Positions 28,612-38,467 of a stretch of 64,000 nucleotides of DNA are shown here, piece after piece (position 1 is the first letter of the stretch; each line of letters starts with the position of its first letter). Below the pieces are notes generated by a model. That model saw only the letters and a list, made by a program, of their open reading frames with translations, searched no databases and had not been told where the DNA came from. Origin of the DNA: an uncultured Desulfospira sp. GTDB taxonomy: Bacteria; Desulfobacterota; Desulfobacteria; Desulfobacterales; Desulfobacteraceae. The stretch lies in assembly GCA_963663165.1 (NCBI GenBank), contig OY760175.1, forward strand, positions 5,056,001 through 5,120,000, in the 5' to 3' direction. Position numbers and translations under genes: made by a program.

Positions 28612-30039
28612 TTATTTTCGTTTCAGGCGCTGGTTCAGGGCCTGGGGGGTGATGCCCAGGATCCGGGCGGCCTGGCGCTGGTTGTCGTTGGATCTTCGCA
28701 GGGCTTCAGCAATCAGATCCCGGGTTAAATCCTTGATTGTGGGAAGCGGGGCCAGTTGCGACAGCCATGGCCGGCTGTTCACCGTGGCCGGGCAGCGCTC
28801 CTCAGACAAAGTGTCCGGCAGGCGATGGCCGCCTTTTTTAATGGTATTGATAAACAGATCGGCGGGGATGACATCGGCCTGGTTTATGCCCACGGCATCA
28901 TAAACCATTGATTTGAACTCCCGGATGTTGCCGGGGAAATGGTAGTGAGAGAGGATGGACAACAGCCTGGCATCAAAGGACGGCGGATCTTTTTCAAACT
29001 CCTGTGATGCCGAGGCAATGCAAAATTCCAGCAGCAGCGGCAGGTCGTCGAGCCTTTCGCGCAGGGGTGGAATATGGATATGGTGGGTTTTGAGCCTGAA
29101 AAATAAATCCTTTCGGAAGGCCCCTGATTTAACCAGTTCGGGAAGATCTTTATGGGTGGCAAACAAAAACCGTGCGTCCGTGGCCCTGGCCGTATCCGCC
29201 CCTAAAGGAAAATATTCATGCTTATCTAGAAGGCGAAGCAGTTTCACCTGGGACAGCAAAGACAGATCTCCAATTTCATCCAGAAAAAGGCACCCGCCCC
29301 CGGCCCTTTCAATGCATCCCTGGCGAATACTGGCAGCCCCGGTAAACGCCCCTTTGATGTGGCCGAAAAGGGTGTCGGAAAACACATTGTCATCGAGTCC
29401 GGCCACGTTGACGGAAACCATCTTCTGTTTGCGGCCGCTCACGGAATGGATGGCTTCAGCCATGAGCTCCTTGCCCACACCGGTCTCTCCGGTGATCAGT
29501 ATGGGATGGTTCCCTTTTCCGATGGCCTCGCAATATTTGAAAATAGACATCATTTTGGGATTTCGGGTAATGATGTGGTCAAAGGCTTCCGGGTTCTGGA
29601 GGGTATCGGAAAGAAAATGCTCGGTGAGCCGCATGTTTTCCCGCCGCAGCTGCCGAAGTTCAATGGCTTTTTCAACAGCGGCCACCAGCCGTTTGCTGTC
29701 AACGGGTTTGAGCACATAGTCAAAGGCGCCTGCCTGCATGCACCGGACGGCGGTCTCCACCTCGTTGAGCCCGGTGACCATGAAAACCGGAATGTATGGA
29801 AAGTGTTCAACGATTTGCTTTAAGACCGACTCGCCGGTCAGGCCGGGCATGATAATGTCCAGCAGGACCACTTCGACTTCCCGGGTGTTCAGGATATCCA
29901 TTACCTTGGCGCTGTCCCGGCACAGGATAATGTTGTTCAAACCGTGGGACCGGAAGGAGAGCTCAAAGCTTTTTAAGGCATGCTCTTCGTCATCTACCAC
30001 GATGATGGGAAAATCGGGTTTGCTGCGTTCCTGTTGCAC
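28612..30039 (-). CDS. sigma54-dependent response regulator (REC-AAA+-Fis HTH)
   Basis: VVDDE, LLDIIMP, GETGVGKE, GAFTGA, FLDEIGD, PGNIRE, C-terminal HTH. Confidence 0.95.
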   Translation of the reverse strand: MQQERSKPDFPIIVVDDEEHALKSFELSFRSHGLNNIILCRDSAKVMDILNTREVEVVLLDIIMPGLTGESVLKQIVEHFPYIPVFMVTGLNEVETAVRCMQAGAFDYVLKPVDSKRLVAAVEKAIELRQLRRENMRLTEHFLSDTLQNPEAFDHIITRNPKMMSIFKYCEAIGKGNHPILITGETGVGKELMAEAIHSVSGRKQKMVSVNVAGLDDNVFSDTLFGHIKGAFTGAASIRQGCIERAGGGCLFLDEIGDLSLLSQVKLLRLLDKHEYFPLGADTARATDARFLFATHKDLPELVKSGAFRKDLFFRLKTHHIHIPPLRERLDDLPLLLEFCIASASQEFEKDPPSFDARLLSILSHYHFPGNIREFKSMVYDAVGINQADVIPADLFINTIKKGGHRLPDTLSEERCPATVNSRPWLSQLAPLPTIKDLTRDLIAEALRRSNDNQRQAARILGITPQALNQRLKRK

Positions 30040-30361
30040 TGATCTTTATGCCCTTTCAATTCTTTGTCATGGCCCACCAGTATCTTAAACGGTGTCATCC
30101 TTTAAGTTCTGTTTGATCCGTCTTGAGCGCAGGGACTGGTTCAATATCCGTTTGAAGCTTGATCGGCAACAGATATAATATAGTTGCCATCTCCGTGCAA
30201 CCATCGATTCACCGCCTTACGGCGGTATCCGGTTTCAGGGGTATGCCGCTGAAGCGCTTAATTCAGACGGGTGATTTAATGCCAACAAGAGACAACGGCA
30301 TACCCGGGAAAAATTCAATTACCCCCCGGCAAACGCCGATTCACAAACCGGCCGGAAAAGT

Positions 30362-30718
30362 TTATTCTCCCCCGTCATAGGCTTCCATCCCCCCCAGTAT
30401 GGTGAACTCACCCACCCATTTGGTAAACCATTGGGCAAAAAATTCTTTTTGAAATTTTTCAGACTCGCGGTCCTTATTGAGTGCCTCCATGCTGTGCACG
30501 TTCATAATACCGATATATTGATAAGGAGACGGTGCGGGTTCAGGAAATTTACCGGTTTCGCCGTTGCCCTGGACCCCGCCCAATATTTTCACCAAGGTAA
30601 AACCGGCAACCGAATCCAGACCTGTCAGCAGCGGGCCTTTATATTCCCGGCACCATGCTTCATAATCTTCTGGGCTCACATCCTTTTTCAGATTGTATAA
30701 AATGATTTCCTTTGCCAT
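30362..30718 (-). CDS. Small REDY-like/HapK (EthD-type dimeric alpha-beta barrel) protein
   Basis: IILYNLKKDVSPEDYEAW..P....L.SV, SPYQYIGI; AGGAGG RBS. Confidence 0.55.
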   Translation of the reverse strand: MAKEIILYNLKKDVSPEDYEAWCREYKGPLLTGLDSVAGFTLVKILGGVQGNGETGKFPEPAPSPYQYIGIMNVHSMEALNKDRESEKFQKEFFAQWFTKWVGEFTILGGMEAYDGGE

Positions 30719-30859
30719 CCGTTCCTCCTTTTTGATTTTGCCCTTCTAAGGCAGATTGTTTTGTTTGTCCATCACGCCGGTTAGACGATCTCCGGTATGA
30801 TACCTTGAACATACGGTGTGGCGGGCCCTTGGCCTGCCGACAACGAATATTGACAGAAA

Positions 30860-30875
30860 AGCAAAAATTAGACCA
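30860..30875 (-). promoter_or_regulatory. sigma54 promoter for the HapK-like gene
   Basis: Minus strand TGGTCTAATTTTTGCT, nearly the same as the 17943 promoter. Confidence 0.6.
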
Positions 30876-30960
30876 TTGTGGTCTATTGATAATAATTGTG
30901 TTTATTTTCAATTGGATATAAAAACAGCGCGGCCCAATGAAAATGAAACTTGATGATTAT

Positions 30961-30976
30961 ATCAAGAAAACTTGAT
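30961..30976. promoter_or_regulatory. Palindromic enhancer candidate between divergent sigma54 promoters
   Basis: ATCAAGAAAACTTGAT, with a half site (CTTGAT) just upstream. Confidence 0.65.
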
Positions 30977-31087
30977 ACTTTAGCGGCCGCTGTATCCTTC
31001 TGCCGGCCATCAGCCGCATGGTCATTTCTCTTATTTTAATGGTAACTGTTTGTTATCATTCGGGTATGTAGTTTCCGCCTGATTTTC

Positions 31088-31103
31088 TGGCATACATATT
31101 GCT
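31088..31103 (+). promoter_or_regulatory. sigma54 promoter for the aldehyde dehydrogenase
   Basis: TGGCATACATATTGCT, close to consensus TGGCAC-N5-TTGCW. Confidence 0.8.
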
Positions 31104-31230
31104 GTGACATGGGCATGTTGCCATTATGGCAGGCCGGTTGTTTTCGGCCCAAAGCGGTTGTGATGTGCCAGCGTTAAATTATAACGGAAAAAATAATTAA
31201 AACAGTAACTTTAGTGAATGGAGGAAGCCA

Positions 31231-32670
31231 ATGAGTGACTATCAGATGCTGATTAACGGAAAGTGGGTGGATGCGGTCTCATCAGAGCAGTTTGATGATT
31301 TTAACCCCTATACCGGCCAGGTGTATGCCACCGTAGCAAAAGGGAGTGAAAGCGATGCCAAGCTTGCCATGGAAGCCGCCTTTAACGCCAGAAAGGCCTG
31401 GGCCGCCGTACCGCCCCCTGAGCGGTCGGCCATCTTATTTACCGCAGCGGATCTTATGGAAAAACAGATGATGGAGTTTTCTCAGATCCTTATCCACGAG
31501 GCCGGCAGCACCTTTGGGAAAAGCATGTTTGAAATCTCCCAGACCATTGACCTGTTAAGGACGGCCGCCGGTGACTGCAAAGCCGTCAAGGGGGAGACCT
31601 TCCAGACCGATTCGGGGAAACTGTCCATGACCATCCGCTCCCCTAAAGGGACGGTGGTGGGCATCAGCCCCTGGAATTTTCCTTTGATTTTATCCATGTT
31701 CAAGGCGGCCTACGCCGTTGGCACCGGCAACACGGTGGTATTGAAACCGGCCAGCGAAACCCCGGTGATCGGGCTTAAGATCGGCAAACTGTTTGAAGAG
31801 GCCGGCCTGATGCCGGGGGTCCTGAACGTGATCACGGGCCCTGGAAGCGTTATCGGGGATGCCCTGGTGGAAAGCCCGTACTGCTCCATGGTCTCCCTGA
31901 CCGGGGAGACCGCCACGGGCATGCATGTGGCCCAGCTGGCCGCCAAACACGGCAAAGATTACCACCTGGAGCTGGGAGGAAAGAACCCGCTGATCATACT
32001 GGATGATGTGGACATGGAATTTGCCGTCAACACCGCAGCCTTCGGGGCCTTTCTCCATCAAGGGCAGATCTGTATTGCATCGGGACGGATCATTTTTGAA
32101 GGTGACCGGATCAATGAATTTGGGGAAAAATTGGCCCAAAAGGCCCGGCAGCTGCCCTGGGGTGATCCGGAAAAGCAGGACACCGTGGTGGGGCCCCTCA
32201 TCAATGACAGCCAGGTGGCGCGGGTGGATGCCCTGGTCAAAGATGCCGTGGCCAAAGGTGCCGCACTTCTGGCCGGCGGAACCTTTGAAGGCCGGGTGTA
32301 TGAACCGACCGTGCTGCTCAATGTCACGCCGGACATGGATATCTATTACCAGGAAACCTTCGGGCCTGTGGCCAGCATCATATCCGTCAAAGATGATCAG
32401 GAAGCCCTAAGTGTTGCCAATGATACCGAGTACGGCCTGTCCGCCGGAATCCTGACCCGGGACATTTACAAGGCCGTCACCCTGGCCGAGCAGGTCCAAG
32501 CCGGAATGGTTCATATCAATGACAGCTCCATTGATGCCGATGCCTGCTGCCCCTTTGGCGGGGTTAAAAGCAGCGGCAAAGGCAGGGAAGGCGGGCGGTA
32601 TTCCATTGAAGAGTTTACCGAGGTTAAATGGGTGACCCTCCAGAAAGGCATTAAGGGATATCCGTTTTAA
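31231..32670 (+). CDS. NAD(P)-dependent aldehyde dehydrogenase, resembling vanillin/benzaldehyde dehydrogenases
   Basis: ISPWNFP, LELGGKNP, catalytic GQIC, ETFGPV, PFGGVKSSG; EAGSTFGK as in aromatic ALDHs. Confidence 0.92.
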   Translation: MSDYQMLINGKWVDAVSSEQFDDFNPYTGQVYATVAKGSESDAKLAMEAAFNARKAWAAVPPPERSAILFTAADLMEKQMMEFSQILIHEAGSTFGKSMFEISQTIDLLRTAAGDCKAVKGETFQTDSGKLSMTIRSPKGTVVGISPWNFPLILSMFKAAYAVGTGNTVVLKPASETPVIGLKIGKLFEEAGLMPGVLNVITGPGSVIGDALVESPYCSMVSLTGETATGMHVAQLAAKHGKDYHLELGGKNPLIILDDVDMEFAVNTAAFGAFLHQGQICIASGRIIFEGDRINEFGEKLAQKARQLPWGDPEKQDTVVGPLINDSQVARVDALVKDAVAKGAALLAGGTFEGRVYEPTVLLNVTPDMDIYYQETFGPVASIISVKDDQEALSVANDTEYGLSAGILTRDIYKAVTLAEQVQAGMVHINDSSIDADACCPFGGVKSSGKGREGGRYSIEEFTEVKWVTLQKGIKGYPF

Positions 32671-32750
32671 CAGATTGTCTTAAAGCTTTCCGGCGCGCCG
32701 GTTTTTATATCCGGCGCAGCCGGTATTTTCGGGGATAATGAGGTGTCCCC

Positions 32751-33410
32751 CTAGTATCCTTGAATGGAAGAAATATATTTTACCAGGGGGCTCATAAATT
32801 GATTGTTGGCGTTGGAGAATTCAATACCGATGGACAGCTGGCTGTCTTCTCTTCCGATATTCCGGATAGAGCCCATGGCGGAAAGTTCATCAGCCACTCC
32901 CGGCAGAAGGCAAAAGATTCGAAGAGGGTCTCCTTCTTTGAATGACACCAGGCCCTTCCTTGTCTCCTGATACCTGAAGCAGCATCCATATCTGCTGATA
33001 TCAAACACCACAACCGACAGTTCATGGCTTTTAAACTCAACCCTGCCGGGAATCGCCACATTATTTCTTCTGCTGGACCGAAGTTCCTGATTCTGGACTA
33101 TTTTGGGATATTCAATGGCAATGGTCCGGATGGGATGGGTTATGATTTCAATGATTTCGCTCTGGAATGCATACAGCGAACCGTTATGCAGGTATTTAAC
33201 CACCATTTTATTGCCCGGAAACAGCTTGCTTTGAACCGTTTTGAATCTTTTGGGCAAGGTGATAATGACATATTCATCGCTGAACAGCCCAACAAATACA
33301 CTGGAAACATTGAAGCCGACACCCTCTATGCTAAGGTAAACGATGGTGCCTATTTCAATATTCAGAGTTTGAGATTTTTTCAAGTTTAAAAAAGCTTCCA
33401 CGCCGGCCAT
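32751..33410 (-). CDS. PilZ-domain (YcgR-like flagellar brake) c-di-GMP effector
   Basis: RSSRR (RxxxR) and DISRYG (DxSxxG) motifs after an N-terminal beta-barrel domain. Confidence 0.85.
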   Translation of the reverse strand: MAGVEAFLNLKKSQTLNIEIGTIVYLSIEGVGFNVSSVFVGLFSDEYVIITLPKRFKTVQSKLFPGNKMVVKYLHNGSLYAFQSEIIEIITHPIRTIAIEYPKIVQNQELRSSRRNNVAIPGRVEFKSHELSVVVFDISRYGCCFRYQETRKGLVSFKEGDPLRIFCLLPGVADELSAMGSIRNIGREDSQLSIGIEFSNANNQFMSPLVKYISSIQGY

Positions 33411-33550
33411 AGGTTTTCCTTTCGCGAAACGTTTTCCCGCTTGATTCCACTCTCATTCCATGCAAAAAAATAAAATGTCTAGTATGAATTCGCTTCTGGT
33501 TTGTCAAGTTAAATTCTCAACGCCGGCAGGGTAACCGCATCCCTGGACAG

Positions 33551-33658
33551 TCGAAATCGAAATCGTTATCGAAATTGAAATCGAGCGAACCTTGAAACCA
33601 ATTTTAATTTGGGCAGGAGTGGGCCATGCCCACGATTCGTGGGCATGGCCCACTCTAC
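33551..33658. repeat. Hexamer (ATCGAA)n tract followed by a REP-like palindrome
   Basis: TCGAAATCGAAATCGTTATCGAAATTGAAATCGA; GAGTGGGCCATGCCCACGA-T-TCGTGGGCATGGCCCACTC. Confidence 0.65.
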
Positions 33659-34088
33659 AAGGTTACGTTTCATGCTCTTGTTCAAATCGTTTAGCTCGGT
33701 GGATAAAAGAATTGTGTTGCCATCAAATTTTCCGATTTCGATTTCGAGCGGTACCCTTATTTAAACCGGGGTTTCTGAAAATAAGGAATTTTGGAGATTG
33801 AGTGTATTATCATAAATGTGGTTACCCTGGGCCTTTGCCCCCGGTGTGATCAAAGGAGAGCGGTATACGCCCGAAGGCATGGCCGGCGTGAACAAATGAT
33901 CAACCCAAAGAAAATTTAGATCATGCCTTTCACGGTCCGGCCGGGTAAAAAGGTCATGGGGAGAAGCGCGGCCATGCGCCATTTTTTTTCGAATGGAAAA
34001 TGAGCCGTGAAAAGGGGTTCATGATCAAGGTAGAATTTGATAAAATTGTAAAAATTGGGGCGAACCTCTAACAGCAAAGAAAAAAACA

Positions 34089-35972
34089 ATGACCAGCAAA
34101 GCATTGGAACTCCTGGCCCCGGCAAAGGACCTGGAAACCGGGATGGCAGCCATCAACCACGGGGCAGATGCCGTTTACATCGGGGCCCGGCAGTTCAGCG
34201 CCCGGAGCGCGGCCGCAAATTCCATCAAAGAGATTGAGAACCTGGCCTGCCATGCCCATTTTTATGGGGCCAGGGTGTATGCGGCCTTTAACACCATTCT
34301 CTTTGACCATGAACTGGAAGAGGCCCGACAGCTGATCCATGAACTATGGGAAGCCGGGGTGGACGCCCTGATTATCCAGGATATGGGGATTCTGGAAATG
34401 GATCTGCCGCCGATTCCTCTGTTTGCCAGCACCCAGTGTGACAACCGGACCTGGGAAAAGGTGAAGTTTTTAGAGGATACCGGGTTTGACCGGGTGATCC
34501 TGGCAAGGGAACTGGGGCTTGAGGAAATCAGCAACATCCGGGAAAAAACCACTGTGGCGCTGGAGGCCTTTGTTCACGGTGCCCTGTGCGTGGGATACAG
34601 CGGCCAATGCTATCTGAGCGCCGCCATTGGGGGCCGGAGCGCCAACAGAGGCGGCTGCGGCCAGCCCTGCCGCCTGCCCTGGACCCTGACCGACCAAACC
34701 GGCCGGGTGTTGGAAAAAGAGTCCCACCTCTTGTCGTTAAAGGACATGAACCGGTCGGATTATCTGGAATCCCTGGTCCGGGCCGGCATCACCTCGTTTA
34801 AAATTGAGGGCCGTCTTAAGAATGCGGCCTATGTCAAAAATATCACGGCCTTTTACCGGCAGAAAATCGATGCATTACTGGAAGGCCGGGCCGGAACAAA
34901 TCAAGAATTTCGGGCGGCATCTTCCGGAAAAACAAAGGTTTTCTTTGCGCCTGATCCTAAAAAAACCTTTAACCGGAATCAGACCGATTATTTTTTGTTT
35001 GGAAACGGGCCGGATCAGAAGGGGCGGATCCACGCCTTTTTTACCCCCAAATCCATGGGGGAGAAATTGGGGCAGGCAAACCGGGTGGAATCCGGATTTT
35101 TTACCCTGTCCGGAACCTGTGATGTGGTCAGTGGGGACGGCCTCTGCTTTGAGGGCCGGAATGGGACGCTTGCCGGGTTTTATGTAGAAAAGTCAGATCA
35201 GGGAAAGATCATGCCATCCGGCCGGGCAGGCAGTTTGAAAAAATTACTCACGCCCGGCGCCACCATTTTCAGGAATCATGATCACAGCTTTTTAAAACAG
35301 CTTTCAGGAAAATCTGCTGAACGGAAAATCGGACTTGAGATGCGGTTCTATGAGACCCGTGACGGATTTGCCCTGGAGGGCCGGGACGAGGACGGAATTA
35401 CCGCCCGGACTGTCCTGGACGGTGAAAAAATCCCTGCAAAAAATACATCCATAGCCCGGGCCACCCTGGAAAAACAGCTGGGAAAGCTGGGCAATACGCC
35501 CTTTTATCTGAAAAGCCTTAAGATCCAATCCGGGGCGTGGTTCCTGCCGGTCAAAGCCCTTAACCAGGCCCGGCGGGACCTGGTTGAGGCCCTGGTCACC
35601 GCCCGGCAGGAACGAACTGTCCGGAAACCCCCGAAAAATGAGCGCCGAATCGTCCCTTATCCGGAAAAGAACCTGGGCTTTACCGCCAATGTGGCCAATG
35701 GCCTGGCCATTCAATTTTATCAAAAACGGGGGGTGGTACAGATTGAGCCTGCTTTTGAACTTGAGGAAAGTGAGCCGCCAGCCACAGAAAAACAGGTTAT
35801 GGTATCCCGGCATTGTATCCAGAATGCCCTTGGCCGCTGTCCCAAAGCCGGGGGTAAATCATCCCCCGGCGGCTGGAACGGGCCGGTTTTTATTCAAAAC
35901 CATATGGGCCGCTTTGAACTGCGGTTTAACTGCGCCAGATGTGAAATGGAGGTATGGTGCCTGCCGGGTTAA
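34089..35972 (+). CDS. rlhA: U32-family protein RlhA (23S rRNA hydroxylation) with DUF3656
   Basis: LELLAPA, HGADAVYIG, ASTQCD, HGALCVGYSGQC, SANRGGCGQPCRLP, FKIEGR. Confidence 0.82.
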   Translation: MTSKALELLAPAKDLETGMAAINHGADAVYIGARQFSARSAAANSIKEIENLACHAHFYGARVYAAFNTILFDHELEEARQLIHELWEAGVDALIIQDMGILEMDLPPIPLFASTQCDNRTWEKVKFLEDTGFDRVILARELGLEEISNIREKTTVALEAFVHGALCVGYSGQCYLSAAIGGRSANRGGCGQPCRLPWTLTDQTGRVLEKESHLLSLKDMNRSDYLESLVRAGITSFKIEGRLKNAAYVKNITAFYRQKIDALLEGRAGTNQEFRAASSGKTKVFFAPDPKKTFNRNQTDYFLFGNGPDQKGRIHAFFTPKSMGEKLGQANRVESGFFTLSGTCDVVSGDGLCFEGRNGTLAGFYVEKSDQGKIMPSGRAGSLKKLLTPGATIFRNHDHSFLKQLSGKSAERKIGLEMRFYETRDGFALEGRDEDGITARTVLDGEKIPAKNTSIARATLEKQLGKLGNTPFYLKSLKIQSGAWFLPVKALNQARRDLVEALVTARQERTVRKPPKNERRIVPYPEKNLGFTANVANGLAIQFYQKRGVVQIEPAFELEESEPPATEKQVMVSRHCIQNALGRCPKAGGKSSPGGWNGPVFIQNHMGRFELRFNCARCEMEVWCLPG

Positions 35973-35977
35973 CCCTT

Positions 35978-37039
35978 CTATTGAACATCGATAATGCCCA
36001 CCTCCTCAAAGGTTTTAATATCGGCCAGGACCCGGGTTGAAATATCCAGCAGTTCCATGCAGACCGCGGCGCCGGTTCCCTCTCCCAAGCGGAACCGAAG
36101 GTCAATGAGCGGTTCAAGGCCGAGATGCTCATGCATGTAGGCATGGCCGATTTCCACGGATTTGTGGCTGGCGAACAGGTAATTTCTGGCGGCCGGGCTT
36201 AGTTCACAGGCAATGAGTGCCCCTGCCGTGGAGATCAGGCCGTCACAGATCACGGGAATCCCTTTGGCCGCAGCGCCCAGGACCAGCCCGGCAAGCCCCC
36301 CGATTTCAAGTCCCCCGACCTTGGACAGGACATCAATGGGATCGTTGGGATCGGGGTTATGAAGGGCAAGCCCCCGTTTAATGGCGCTTATTTTATTTTC
36401 AAGCCCTTTATCGTCAATGCCGGTTCCCCTGCCGGTGAGCTTTTCCACTTCAATTCCGGAAAAGGCGGCAATAACCGCAGACGACGGGGTGGTGTTGCCG
36501 ATGCCCATGTCTCCGGTGCCCAGAAGGTCCACAGGCCGTTCAGCATCCAGTTCATTGACGATTTCAATACCCGCTTCAATGGACCGGACCGCCTCGTCCC
36601 GGGTCATGGCCGGTTCTTTGGTAAAATTGGCGGTGCCATGCCGGACTTTTTTATGAAAAATGGGCAGGTCCGGCGCAAAATCATGGGCCACCCCGATGTC
36701 CGCGGCTTTCACCGATGCCCCGGCATGTTTTCCGATCACGTTGACCGAAGCCCCGCCATTGGCAAAGTTGTAAACCATCTGGGGGGTAACGTCAGAGGGA
36801 AACAGGCTGACCCCTTCTTCTACCACCCCGTGGTCTCCGGCACAGGTGATAATCTGTTTGTTGGTCAGTTTAACGTCAATACATCCTTTAATGCCGGCAA
36901 GCCTGGCTGAAATATCTTCCATGATCCCTAAGCTTCCGGCTGGCTTGGCCTGGTTGGCAAGCCGTTCCTTTGCCCTGTTAAAGGCGTCCTCATCGATGGT
37001 CCGGCTGATGCGGCCAAGGGTCTGGTCAAGTAAACTCAT
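35978..37039 (-). CDS. cobT: Nicotinate-nucleotide--dimethylbenzimidazole phosphoribosyltransferase
   Basis: KPAGSLG, GDHGV, GDMGIGNTT, GRGTG, GGLEI, RLGEGTGA. Confidence 0.95.
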   Translation of the reverse strand: MSLLDQTLGRISRTIDEDAFNRAKERLANQAKPAGSLGIMEDISARLAGIKGCIDVKLTNKQIITCAGDHGVVEEGVSLFPSDVTPQMVYNFANGGASVNVIGKHAGASVKAADIGVAHDFAPDLPIFHKKVRHGTANFTKEPAMTRDEAVRSIEAGIEIVNELDAERPVDLLGTGDMGIGNTTPSSAVIAAFSGIEVEKLTGRGTGIDDKGLENKISAIKRGLALHNPDPNDPIDVLSKVGGLEIGGLAGLVLGAAAKGIPVICDGLISTAGALIACELSPAARNYLFASHKSVEIGHAYMHEHLGLEPLIDLRFRLGEGTGAAVCMELLDISTRVLADIKTFEEVGIIDVQ

Positions 37040-38349
37040 GCGCTTATCCTTTTATCTGTAATGTCTTTATTAAATATTTCCATGCCTTTTTTCATGGCAC
37101 AGAAATCGCCGCACATGGTGCAGGTCTTTTTTTCCAAAGGGGAACGGCTTTCGCGGATCTGCCGGGCCGTGTCCGGGAACATGAGAAAGGCTTCAAGGTC
37201 ATCCCAGCGCATGTCCCGCCGGGCCATCGCGGCCATCTTCTCATTTCCCCGCCGGTCCGGGTACTTGGCAATGTCCCCGATGCGAGCCGCAAGCCTTGTG
37301 GTCCGGACCCCTTCTCTCACATCGGCCACGTTGGGCAGGGCAAGGTGTTCTGCCGGTGTAATGTAGCAGATGAGATCCGCCCCGTACCGTGCCGAGTTTG
37401 CCGCCCCAATGGCCGCGGTAATGTGATCATACCCGGCCCCGGTATCACACGGGATGGGGCCAAGAACATAATAGGGCGCATTGCCGGACATCCGTTTTTC
37501 CAGCATGATATTGCCCTGGATTTCATCCAGGGGCACATGGCCCGGCCCTTCCACCATCATCTGGCAGCCCATATTTCTGCCAAGTTCGGCCAGTTCGCAG
37601 TTGATAATCATCTCCGCCATCTGGGCCCTGTCATGGCTGTCATGGATGGCGCCGGCCCGGATACCGTTGCCAAGAGACAGCACGGCATCATATTTTTTCA
37701 TGAGAGCGCATACCCTGTCAAATTGTTCGTAAAGGGGATTCTCTTTGGTGTTGATATCCATCCAGGCCACCATGTAGGTTCCCCCTTTGGAGGCAAGGCC
37801 CCCGTATCTGAACCCCTGTTTTCTCAACCGTTCAATGGTGTACTGGTTGATGCCGCAGTGAATGGCCATGAAACTTAAGCCGTCTTCGAGCTGTTTTTCA
37901 ATGAGGTCAAACAGGTATTCAGGGTCCAGTCTGCCCGGGTTCTGATATTTCCGGATGGTCTCTTTAAAGGCCTGGTAGAGGGGGACATTGCCCACGGGCA
38001 GGTCTGTGGCCCCAAGAACGGCCTGCCTGATTTCATCCAGGTCTCCGTCGGCAGACAGCTCCATGAGGGTGTCGGCCTGTTCCTCCTGGGCGGCCCTGGC
38101 TTTCTGGACTTCAAAATCAATGTCGCAGATGTCCGAAGAGGTGCCGATGGAGGCGTTGATTTTGGTTCTAAGGCCGGTGCCGATCCCGGAAACCTTCTGG
38201 AATGGGCGATTCCGGTTGCAGGGAATAACGATTTCCCCTTTGGCCACATGGTCAAGAATAAATTCTTCGGTTAGGTTTTCGGTTTGGGAAATGGTCTTCA
38301 TTTCCGGGGTAAGGATGCCCTTCCGGGCATTTTCAAGCTGTGTAGACAT
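37036..38349 (-). CDS. bzaF: ThiC-family radical SAM enzyme, most likely 5-hydroxybenzimidazole synthase BzaF
   Basis: KINASIGTS, EGPGH, GYDHIT, CYITPAEHL, CTMCGDFC; B12 riboswitch upstream and coupling to cobT favour BzaF over ThiC. Confidence 0.75.
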   Translation of the reverse strand: MSTQLENARKGILTPEMKTISQTENLTEEFILDHVAKGEIVIPCNRNRPFQKVSGIGTGLRTKINASIGTSSDICDIDFEVQKARAAQEEQADTLMELSADGDLDEIRQAVLGATDLPVGNVPLYQAFKETIRKYQNPGRLDPEYLFDLIEKQLEDGLSFMAIHCGINQYTIERLRKQGFRYGGLASKGGTYMVAWMDINTKENPLYEQFDRVCALMKKYDAVLSLGNGIRAGAIHDSHDRAQMAEMIINCELAELGRNMGCQMMVEGPGHVPLDEIQGNIMLEKRMSGNAPYYVLGPIPCDTGAGYDHITAAIGAANSARYGADLICYITPAEHLALPNVADVREGVRTTRLAARIGDIAKYPDRRGNEKMAAMARRDMRWDDLEAFLMFPDTARQIRESRSPLEKKTCTMCGDFCAMKKGMEIFNKDITDKRISA

Positions 38350-38390
38350 AGTTTCCTCGCTATGCTTGCCTTTTATGCAAAACCCTCCCC

Positions 38391-38440
38391 AAAAAAAAGG
38401 GTTTTGCAGAAAGGTGAAATAATTTTCTGCAAAACCCTTT
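38391..38440 (-). terminator. Intrinsic terminator, expression platform of the cobalamin riboswitch
   Basis: Minus strand AAAGGGTTTTGCAGAAA-loop-TTTCTGCAAAACCCTTTTTTTT. Confidence 0.8.
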
Positions 38441-38467
38441 GCCATCAGGTTCTGTTGCCCAAAGGAT

